This document shows positions 14,670 through 22,736 of a DNA stretch of 32,000 bases, piece after piece. The DNA comes from Candidatus Methanoperedens sp. (GTDB lineage: Archaea; Halobacteriota; Methanosarcinia; Methanosarcinales; Methanoperedenaceae), in contig JBGQBI010000003.1 in assembly GCA_041494705.1 (NCBI GenBank), forward strand, positions 120,001-152,000. The letters run 5' to 3'. The notes beneath the pieces were generated by a model. That model had not been told where the DNA came from. It saw nothing but the letters and a program-made list of their open reading frames with translations, and searched no databases. A program made the translations under genes and the position numbers. Position 1 is the first letter of the stretch, and each line of letters begins with the position of its first letter.

Positions 14670-17600
14670 ATGGAAATCGACAAAAATGAAGCATTAATGC
14701 TTGGAATCGTTCTCATTATAGCAGGAGTCTTTTTCTTCCACAATATCCCCAGGGACATGGGAGACGACGCAATCTCCGACGGTGTCTCAGCGATGCTGAT
14801 AAACCGGGCGCATGATACTGGAATATCGGCTTATGAAGTGTTCCAGGAGGCTTCCCAGAGCGCAGGATCAGGAGGGCGAATGTTAAGCCCCCACGCCTTC
14901 AGGTTCATGGGAATGGGCACCCCTTTCTGGACCGCACTTCTTGCCATAGCACAGAAATTATTCGGCGTCACAAGCTTCTGGCAGCTTTTCCTGGCTTCTC
15001 TTGTAGGATTCCTCACCGTCATTGTGACTTACTATGCAGGGAAGACCATGTACGGCAGGACGGTCGGCTTCCTGTCTGCATTGCTTCTCGGTAGTTCTCT
15101 CTTCTTCGTTATCCAGACAAGGACTGCTTCGGGCTTTCTGGCTATCGCCCCACTCATGGCTATCCTTGCAGCCTATCTCTTCTACACAGCCCATAAGACA
15201 AAAGACAGAAAATATCTCTGGTATTGCGGGCTTGCCCTGGGATTAAGCTTCTTTAACGGCTACCCACTGAGCTTTTTAATCATTCCTATCCTGGGATTTT
15301 TCTTCCTCTGGAATTTCAGGTTCGGCTCATTCTTGCGGAATTTTACAAAGGTCAGAACGATATGGAAACAATCTATCGATGGCAGTGGAGAAAGTGCCCT
15401 TCTGGGATTGCGGGATTACATTACCATGGCTATAGTTGCCATCTCACTTTTCATGCTGTTGACTGTTGCATGGTCGCTGTACGCCAACGTTCCTGCTATG
15501 GATACCTACAACGAAATCAGCGGACCAAGAACGCTAGGACAAATGAGACTGGACAACCTTGACGCCATTATATCCCAGAAAGGAACTGGCTATTTCGGGC
15601 TCACATGGCTTCCCCAAACCACTGAATGGAAGATAGCAACTGAGAAAAGATACTGGAAGGTTATTTTCCTGGAAATGGACCCGTGGGAGTCCCTGAATGG
15701 TGTCCATGACCAGCAGCAGTTGGCAGGAAGACCGATGGTCGCCCCCTTTGCCACTATTTTCTTTTTCGCAGGTATTCTTGCTATGCTCTGGCGCCGTTCT
15801 ATGGCTGACAAACTATGCCTTGTCTGGCTTGGGGTGACAAAATTCGCCTTTACCCTCCCTATGGGTTTCGCCCCGAGGTCGCTGATGATAGCTGCGCCCG
15901 TAATCTACCTTACGGCAGCAGTGGGACTTGTGTATTCCTTCCAGCTTCTGGAAAAAAAAATCGGTAGAATATACCGTGAAGAAAAAGTCAGGAAAGTCCT
16001 GATGGTTCTCTTCGCGGGTGGGCTGCTCTTTACCGTCTCTATGACATACGGAGAGGTCTTCCGCGAATACTATGGAATGGATGCTAACATAGAACGGTTA
16101 GTAGGGACCAACGAAGTGGGCAGATATATCAGCGAGAATTCCAATCCCAATGATACGGTTCTCGTGCTGGGTGAAATCATGGCTGTGCCTTACGATGCCA
16201 TTTTTCTCTCTACCTCAGGAAAGCCCTATAAGGTTCTATACTGGTGGGACGACGTTCTGCTGGGAAAGCTCGGAGGCAGAGGACCCTCGGGTACAATCGC
16301 TCCAAAATTGGATGACTGGGAGAAGGAAGTCCTCAAGAACAATAGTGAGATTATCTATGTATTCGCTACAGGGGCGCGTTACAATAAAATCCCTGGCTGG
16401 AACCTGTATGACCAGCCCCCGTGGAATGAATTTGAAGAACTCCATCCCGGCATCGAGCCCGTTAAAAGGACATATTTTTCCAACGGGATTCCTTCTTCCG
16501 TGGTCTATGTGGTAAACCGATCCACCCCGCGGAATAACTACCTTACTTTAAGAAGCAAGCCTGATTCAGAGTTCTATTCTTCTTCTGACGACAACATCAG
16601 CTTTATAAACATACAGGGAGGAGGAAAAAATCCGTATTTATTAATAGGCAATGACAGTTTTACCCTTCCAATGGACGTTCCTCCCAGCATGGAAGTCTCG
16701 ATCACTTTTGATAAAAACAGCAGAATTCTCTTTGAGCCCCTCATCGAATCAAAGGATTATGAAAAGGATATCTTTGAGCAGAAGAACCTGATCTTCATGG
16801 CAGGAGCGGGTAGAAGCTTCCTCGAATTGGACGGTTCATCCGGATATCTAATCTATAAGATCGAGTCGCCTTTCAAAATAGAGAGGCTGGACATTCGCAC
16901 AAACCCCCGCGTCTTCAACGACAGGAATAGGAAGAATGCAATCTCTGCGTACTATTCTACTGATAATAAAAGTTACAAGAGAATATACGAAGTGAGGAGC
17001 AGCGGGAATAGCGACTGGGCAAATTATCGGGATCAGATCACAGGAAACACCTGGAACAATGGCATCTACGACCGGGAGACGTACGATGTCATTTATCCTG
17101 ATAGCAATATTGTCTATATTAAATTCAGCTTCGAGGGCTATCCGGGAGAGGCACAGCTCTGGTCAAGAGGGGAGGGAAACCACTGGCTTATGTTCGATGC
17201 AAAGGTGGACACCTCTTCTATGAAGAAATTTGAAGTGAAAAAAGGATTGAATACTGTCAAGACATGGTTGGCAGCGCCAGGGGAAGTTACAGTAGCAACG
17301 GAAAATGCAAAAATTACTCCGAAAATCCTCGAAGCCGAGTACCTCCCCTCCTCCACAGGCGTTCTGGAGGGTGGTGACCATCTTAGCAACGGCATGACAA
17401 GAAGGGCAAACGGAAGCATCCATCCGACAGGTTATATCGTCTATGGTCCGGGAATCCCATTGTATGTCCCTGGTGTTTATAACGCACGTTTCAGGATGGC
17501 TGTACTGAACAATACCATAACAGAGGATGTTGCCAGGATAGAAGTTGTGGAAGGCTCAGATATACTGGAGGAAAGAGAAATAAAAGGAACCAACTTTTCA

Positions 17601-17729
17601 AAAACTTGGGAATACCAAGACTTTTATCTAAAGTTCAACACCGGTGGTAAAAAGGACATGCAGTACCGGGTCTATTTCGAGAGGGGTGAAGGGCTCTGGG
17701 TGGACTTCATTGAAGTGAGCAAAGAATGA
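14670..17729 (+). CDS. ArnT/PMT-like GT-C membrane glycosyltransferase (about 470-aa TM domain) fused to a large extracytoplasmic region with a discoidin-like module and an extra C-terminal CBM-like module
   Basis: The first loop MGDDAISDGVSAMLI resembles the ArnT motif DEARYAEISREML. The stretch FWTALLAIAQKLFGVTSFWQLFLASLVGFLTVIVTYYAGKTMYG matches the PMT_2/ArnT helix pattern. About 12-13 hydrophobic helices run to ~aa 460. The C-terminal ~137 aa (nt 17316-17726) begin ILEAEYL...GYIVYGPGIPLYVPGVYNARFRMAV, a pattern typical of CBM6/35-type modules. Confidence 0.75.
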   Translation: MEIDKNEALMLGIVLIIAGVFFFHNIPRDMGDDAISDGVSAMLINRAHDTGISAYEVFQEASQSAGSGGRMLSPHAFRFMGMGTPFWTALLAIAQKLFGVTSFWQLFLASLVGFLTVIVTYYAGKTMYGRTVGFLSALLLGSSLFFVIQTRTASGFLAIAPLMAILAAYLFYTAHKTKDRKYLWYCGLALGLSFFNGYPLSFLIIPILGFFFLWNFRFGSFLRNFTKVRTIWKQSIDGSGESALLGLRDYITMAIVAISLFMLLTVAWSLYANVPAMDTYNEISGPRTLGQMRLDNLDAIISQKGTGYFGLTWLPQTTEWKIATEKRYWKVIFLEMDPWESLNGVHDQQQLAGRPMVAPFATIFFFAGILAMLWRRSMADKLCLVWLGVTKFAFTLPMGFAPRSLMIAAPVIYLTAAVGLVYSFQLLEKKIGRIYREEKVRKVLMVLFAGGLLFTVSMTYGEVFREYYGMDANIERLVGTNEVGRYISENSNPNDTVLVLGEIMAVPYDAIFLSTSGKPYKVLYWWDDVLLGKLGGRGPSGTIAPKLDDWEKEVLKNNSEIIYVFATGARYNKIPGWNLYDQPPWNEFEELHPGIEPVKRTYFSNGIPSSVVYVVNRSTPRNNYLTLRSKPDSEFYSSSDDNISFINIQGGGKNPYLLIGNDSFTLPMDVPPSMEVSITFDKNSRILFEPLIESKDYEKDIFEQKNLIFMAGAGRSFLELDGSSGYLIYKIESPFKIERLDIRTNPRVFNDRNRKNAISAYYSTDNKSYKRIYEVRSSGNSDWANYRDQITGNTWNNGIYDRETYDVIYPDSNIVYIKFSFEGYPGEAQLWSRGEGNHWLMFDAKVDTSSMKKFEVKKGLNTVKTWLAAPGEVTVATENAKITPKILEAEYLPSSTGVLEGGDHLSNGMTRRANGSIHPTGYIVYGPGIPLYVPGVYNARFRMAVLNNTITEDVARIEVVEGSDILEEREIKGTNFSKTWEYQDFYLKFNTGGKKDMQYRVYFERGEGLWVDFIEVSKE

Positions 17730-17774
17730 AAGGATATATACAAGAATTTTTTTGCATGTGGAAATAAAATCTTT

Positions 17775-20321
17775 ATGCGACAGGATGGCATATCTGAAAA
17801 AACAAAAGAACTTGTAATGCTTGCATTATTGCTCATCTTTTCTTCTTACTTCCTTTTCTACAAGCTACCGGACGAGATGGGTGATGACGCAGTAAGCTGG
17901 TCAAATTCCGCAATGTGGATAAATGAGGCACATGCGTCAGGCAGACCTGTGCTGGAAATACTCGATGATGCCATAAACAGCCCAGGAGGAATAAACGCAT
18001 TTTCTGTGAATGCGTTTTTTATAACCGGCTTGGCGACTCCCCTGTGGGCAATGGTGCTTGCAGCAACGCAAACGTTTGTCGGCAACTCTGCTTTCTGGAC
18101 GCTGTTTTTATCGGCGTTTTTTGGTTTTCTTACTGTAATAGCCGTATATTTTACCGGCAGGGAATTTTATTCAAAGGAAGTTGGATTCATTTCAGGCATT
18201 ATCCTGTCGAGCATGCTGCTTTTTGCTCTTATCTCCAGGTCAGGCTCCGGTTTTTATACACTTCAAACATTTTTCTCTATGCTTGCTCTATTTTTTTTCC
18301 TGAAAGCGCACAGGGATAAAAAATTAATTTATTTATTGTTATCAGGCATTTCAACAGCCCTACTGTTTTTCAATGGATATCCTACGGGATATACGATACT
18401 TCCAGTTCTATTACTGTACTTAATTGTAATATCTACAAAATCTTTCAAGACAAATACGTTCAGGTTCGGTGTTAAAGACTATCTGGCAGCAGCATCTGTT
18501 TTTATATCTGTTTTTATTGCATTGACTGTTTTATGGTCTCTTTACGCCAATCTCCACCCCCTGGATGTTTTCAATTCAATAGCTCACACAAGAGCTGCTT
18601 ACCAGAACCAGTATTTTTCGCCAAATACACTGGAAATCAAGCTAAAAACCATATTAAATTTTTTCATGACAGTTTTTATCCAGACGCCTGTGATCGAATC
18701 GCTGCGTGGCACCCATATCCAGCTTAATATAATCAGGCACCCGGTCATTTCGCCTTTTATATCGGTATTCTTTTTCACAGGATTATACTGCATAACCAGA
18801 AGGAGAAATTTTGCTGATATTCTGTTTATCGTGTGGAGCGGGCTGAGTTTAATAATATTTACCGTTTTTTTAAAATCATATCCTCGAACGTTATTCTTCA
18901 TCCTCCCGGCTATCGCAATTATCGCAGCTAACGGGATTGTATATATTGTAAAATGGTTCGATCGCTTTCAGAATGATAAAAAAATATTAAAAAAGTATGT
19001 ATCTATTTTTCTTGTGCTGGGTTTAGCTCTTAATGCCTATTACATGCAACATGAGATGTTTACGTACGTTTATGGCACGATGGGTGGAAATATTAACAGG
19101 TTCTACGGGATGTCGGCAGTTGCGACCTATATCAACCAGAACGGAGAACCGGAGAAAACTGAGGTGGTACTCGGAGACAGCATTTTAGCGCCGTATGATG
19201 CTTTCTATTTCTATACATACGGCAAGCCGTACTCTGTGCTTTACTGGTGGGACGATCTGCTGTACAAAGAACTTGGCGGGAGAGTGGACGCTGTAAACAA
19301 GCTGTATGCATGGGAAACACAGATTCTTCTGGAAAAAGAGAAAATTTATTATCTTTTCGCTGTGGGAGGCAAGTACAATGAAATCCCGGGCTGGAATTTA
19401 TGGCAGCCTGTGGAATGGGGGGAGTTCAAGGAGCTGCATCCCGACCTTCAACCTGTCAAAAGGATATTTTTCCCAAACGGCATACCTGCGCTTGAACTCT
19501 ATGAGGTCAACAGGACAACTCCAGGAAACAACCACATCACACTGGATGTACAGAATAACTCGGAATTCTCAATCCAGTCAGCATCGGATGGGTATGTGAA
19601 ATTTATAAAAATAAAAGGCGCTATAAGGAACCTGAGCATCTCGGGTGAAAACCAGACCTTCACACTACCCATGGAGAGCCTGCCCAGCATGGAGGTCTCC
19701 ATAACCCACGATGAGAACAGCCGGGTACTCTTTGAGCCCCTTTTCCTGAGTGAAAATTACAGGAACGAAATATACTTGGAAGAAAAAATCGACCTGAAGG
19801 AAAATGCAGGATGGATTGGACTAAATGATACTTCAGGCGACTTGATGTATAAAATAGAAGCACCTTACAGGATAGAGAAGCTTTCTATACGGAGCAACCC
19901 GAGGGTGTTCAACGATAAAATAAAGAAAAACAGTGTGTCCATGTATTACTCCATGGACGGCAAAAACTTCCAGAAGGTCTATGAAGTAAGGAGCGATGGC
20001 ACGGGGAGCTGGGCTGTTTACAGTGACCCCATCACTGGTACCGCTTTTAATGACGGGATATACGAGAGGGAAAGCTACAACATCATTTATCCACAAAACC
20101 GGATAGTTTATATCCTGTTCAGGCTCGAAGGCGCCACTGGAGAATCCCAGCTATGGTCAGCGAACAAACAGCACTCTTTGATGTTCGATGCTGAAATGGA
20201 TACCTCTTTTGCGCCGAAATTAAAACTCAAAAAAGGATTGAACTATTTTAAAGTCAATGCAGAAAACAGCACTGCAGTAAAACTTACCATTGCAGCGGAT
20301 ACTGGTATCCTGCTTAAATAG
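17775..20321 (+). CDS. Paralog of the preceding GT-C glycosyltransferase (848 aa), lacking the terminal CBM-like module
   Basis: It is collinear with the 14670 product. Matching blocks include EMGDDAVSWSNSAMWINEAH, GKPYSVLYWWDDLLYKELGGR, PGWNLWQPVEWGEFKELHPDLQPVKRIFFPNGIP, LPSMEVSITHDENSRVLFEPL, and IRSNPRVFNDKIKKNSVSMYYSMDGKNFQKVYEVRSDG. Confidence 0.75.
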   Translation: MRQDGISEKTKELVMLALLLIFSSYFLFYKLPDEMGDDAVSWSNSAMWINEAHASGRPVLEILDDAINSPGGINAFSVNAFFITGLATPLWAMVLAATQTFVGNSAFWTLFLSAFFGFLTVIAVYFTGREFYSKEVGFISGIILSSMLLFALISRSGSGFYTLQTFFSMLALFFFLKAHRDKKLIYLLLSGISTALLFFNGYPTGYTILPVLLLYLIVISTKSFKTNTFRFGVKDYLAAASVFISVFIALTVLWSLYANLHPLDVFNSIAHTRAAYQNQYFSPNTLEIKLKTILNFFMTVFIQTPVIESLRGTHIQLNIIRHPVISPFISVFFFTGLYCITRRRNFADILFIVWSGLSLIIFTVFLKSYPRTLFFILPAIAIIAANGIVYIVKWFDRFQNDKKILKKYVSIFLVLGLALNAYYMQHEMFTYVYGTMGGNINRFYGMSAVATYINQNGEPEKTEVVLGDSILAPYDAFYFYTYGKPYSVLYWWDDLLYKELGGRVDAVNKLYAWETQILLEKEKIYYLFAVGGKYNEIPGWNLWQPVEWGEFKELHPDLQPVKRIFFPNGIPALELYEVNRTTPGNNHITLDVQNNSEFSIQSASDGYVKFIKIKGAIRNLSISGENQTFTLPMESLPSMEVSITHDENSRVLFEPLFLSENYRNEIYLEEKIDLKENAGWIGLNDTSGDLMYKIEAPYRIEKLSIRSNPRVFNDKIKKNSVSMYYSMDGKNFQKVYEVRSDGTGSWAVYSDPITGTAFNDGIYERESYNIIYPQNRIVYILFRLEGATGESQLWSANKQHSLMFDAEMDTSFAPKLKLKKGLNYFKVNAENSTAVKLTIAADTGILLK

Positions 20322-20324
20322 AAT

Positions 20325-22730
20325 TCAAGTGTTTTTTCTTACCCGGTTGAATAGCAGAATCCCTGAACATACAGCCAGTACTATCAATGAAAACAGTAAT
20401 CCCGCATAGAATAAAAGCTGCGGCCAGTAATACAGGGTAACGTAGTAGGTTCCGGGTTTATCGAAATACCAGCCATTGGCATAGCAATTTACAAGAATAT
20501 GTTTATCCGGACTTATTATGGATTTTTTAAAGAGATATGAAATGTCGCCAATAACGAAACTATTTTCGTGTTTTGTTTCATTCACATTAATGTCTTTATA
20601 CTCCGCAATCACTTCATTGAACCTGAGTGGTTCGCTCTCGAAATAAGCAGTCCACCCCGGATGGTAGCTCTCGGAGAAGACGAGGAAAAATGGCGAAGTA
20701 GCATTTTCTATCTTAACTATATATTTTGTCGGATTAATTTTTTGGAATGTAACGGCAGGTTTTGAATTTTCACGAATTTTATATTTTTCTAAAAAATTTT
20801 CCGAGGTTTCATTAACCTGACTTGAAACGAACAGCGCAGTATTGTTCATTTTAAAATTGTTAGAAGTAACAACTTTGAACATTTCATTCTCTGAGCCGTT
20901 GATAAAAATCGGTGTGTCAGCGGAATATATACGTGGAAGGAAATAGTTTTTATTATCATATATGGTTAAAGAGCCATCCTTTTGATAGATCATGGTTTTG
21001 TTAAAAATTCTTTCTAATTCTGATACATTCTCTTTTTGTGTAAATCCAAACCAGGGATACATATCTGTTTCAATAACTATTTTTTTAATATTATAAATAG
21101 CTAGATACTTGTAATAATTGGGTGAAGAAATATGGTTGAATAAGATATCAAAATTAACCAAAATATTGTTGCTGTATGTGGCTATGAAAGGTTTATTTAG
21201 ATTATAAAGTACCGGGTCCATTCCCGTATAGTATTTATCACCGCTTATTGGAAGCATAACCTGGTAATTTCCGCTTGCTGGTAAACTCAGCACCCTGTAC
21301 TCTATTTTATCGTTATTTATTTGTTCCCTCAAGTTCTGGTATTCTACCCTGTCAACATAACCTCTTGAACCATATCCCATTTCACCGATTTTATAATCCG
21401 GGATAAAATTACTTGTGATAAAGGGAATACTGGAAAAGGCTAAATAAATCACAAAAAGACTTAGGGTATATTTATAATATCTTTCTTTTTTAAATTCTTT
21501 TAACGTGAATATCAATAACAACGTAAATAAAAATATATATAGTATTCCCCATTTTTCTGTAGATGTCTTAAATATACTGAATATAAAATTATTTAAAATC
21601 AAATATGCATATATACCGCCCAGAGGATATCTTACTCCGGCTATTAAAAAACCTGCAATTAATACCAGAACCGTTAAATACAGAATATGTTTCTTTGGGC
21701 GTTTAGTTATAAGTAGATAAAAAAATATAATTAAAATCGGAATCAGCAGGACTAAAATAGCCAATGTAGAATTATAATGATTTGAAAAAAAATTATATGA
21801 AGGGTCAGAGGGAATATCTGCTGTAAACGTAAATATTTTCCAGAAAATCGGATCAAATCCTGCGCTATTTAGCCATGATAATGCAAAACTCTGTGGATAC
21901 ATTTTCCTGGCATCTGCCAGTACATAGAACCAATTAACGATCCACCAGATGTTGAATAATATAAAAGATGTTAGAACGATAATATACTTTTTAAATATCT
22001 GAGACAAACTAATGTCGGGCTTCAGGTAATAAGAAATTATAATCACTGATATCACGATAGAAATCTGATGCAGCACAGCCAGCGGCGGATTTGCATTGGC
22101 ATATGCGAAAATGAACGAGACTAAACCAAAATAAAAAAATAATTTAAAGTTATTGTTGAAATATCTTAAAATTATCCAGAAAAAAATAGGGATCAAAAAA
22201 AATGTGGCTGTGTTCCATTGATTAAGGGTTTCTAAATCGTTAAGGCTGAACGGATTGGTGATGTAGAATAAAGCGATGCCGAATGAAATTGGCGGTGATA
22301 TTTTTAGTTCTTTGCACACTAAAAATATCCCAATAAACGGTAAAAAATATATTAAAAAAATTAAGATAAAATTGGTTAAGATAATACTTCCAAATAAATT
22401 TTGAAGAAATATTAAAAAATAAACGTTAAAAAACTCAGCGTTTAACGAAGTACCGAAAAAACCGGTTCCTAAATTCAGCCAAGCGTACCCATGGGTATTA
22501 AAATGTACGTTAAAATCCAGATAATAGTTGCCCTCGCCCCCGAATATGATGTGTCCTGCCCTATAGTATTTTGATAATGTATATGCTAATATTAATCCAT
22601 ATAATCCCAAAAAGAAGGTGTAACTAATAGTGTATTTTTTCATGCAATCTCTTGCATTTGAGGTCAAATAAGAAATACGATGGATGTATTTTTTTAATGT
22701 CTGATTATTCAAATTTGCAACCATGCCCAC
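20325..22730 (-). CDS. Large polytopic membrane protein (801 aa) with an extracytoplasmic domain and a C-terminal TM anchor; YfhO/AftD-style GT-C glycosyltransferase candidate
   Basis: It has many TM helices over ~450 aa and then a soluble domain. The C-terminus SESYHPGWTAY...NCYANGWYFDKPGTYYVTLYYWPQLLFYAGLLFSLIVLAVCSGILLF follows the pattern (sY.pGW.a...n....G....G.h.v.l.Y.P..l..G..iS plus a final TM) that I associate with YfhO-like proteins. An alternative start is the ATG at 22643 (MKKYTISY). Confidence 0.55.
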   Translation of the reverse strand: MGMVANLNNQTLKKYIHRISYLTSNARDCMKKYTISYTFFLGLYGLILAYTLSKYYRAGHIIFGGEGNYYLDFNVHFNTHGYAWLNLGTGFFGTSLNAEFFNVYFLIFLQNLFGSIILTNFILIFLIYFLPFIGIFLVCKELKISPPISFGIALFYITNPFSLNDLETLNQWNTATFFLIPIFFWIILRYFNNNFKLFFYFGLVSFIFAYANANPPLAVLHQISIVISVIIISYYLKPDISLSQIFKKYIIVLTSFILFNIWWIVNWFYVLADARKMYPQSFALSWLNSAGFDPIFWKIFTFTADIPSDPSYNFFSNHYNSTLAILVLLIPILIIFFYLLITKRPKKHILYLTVLVLIAGFLIAGVRYPLGGIYAYLILNNFIFSIFKTSTEKWGILYIFLFTLLLIFTLKEFKKERYYKYTLSLFVIYLAFSSIPFITSNFIPDYKIGEMGYGSRGYVDRVEYQNLREQINNDKIEYRVLSLPASGNYQVMLPISGDKYYTGMDPVLYNLNKPFIATYSNNILVNFDILFNHISSPNYYKYLAIYNIKKIVIETDMYPWFGFTQKENVSELERIFNKTMIYQKDGSLTIYDNKNYFLPRIYSADTPIFINGSENEMFKVVTSNNFKMNNTALFVSSQVNETSENFLEKYKIRENSKPAVTFQKINPTKYIVKIENATSPFFLVFSESYHPGWTAYFESEPLRFNEVIAEYKDINVNETKHENSFVIGDISYLFKKSIISPDKHILVNCYANGWYFDKPGTYYVTLYYWPQLLFYAGLLFSLIVLAVCSGILLFNRVRKNT

Positions 22731-22736
22731 CTCAAC

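Noticed and set aside
20321-20326. EcoRI site GAATTC exactly at the junction of the GC-richer and AT-rich blocks, overlapping both stop codons (possible cloning or assembly artefact)
   Set aside because: A single 6-mer is expected by chance many times in 32 kb. Both flanking ORFs terminate cleanly with intact C-termini, so there is no evidence of a chimeric join.
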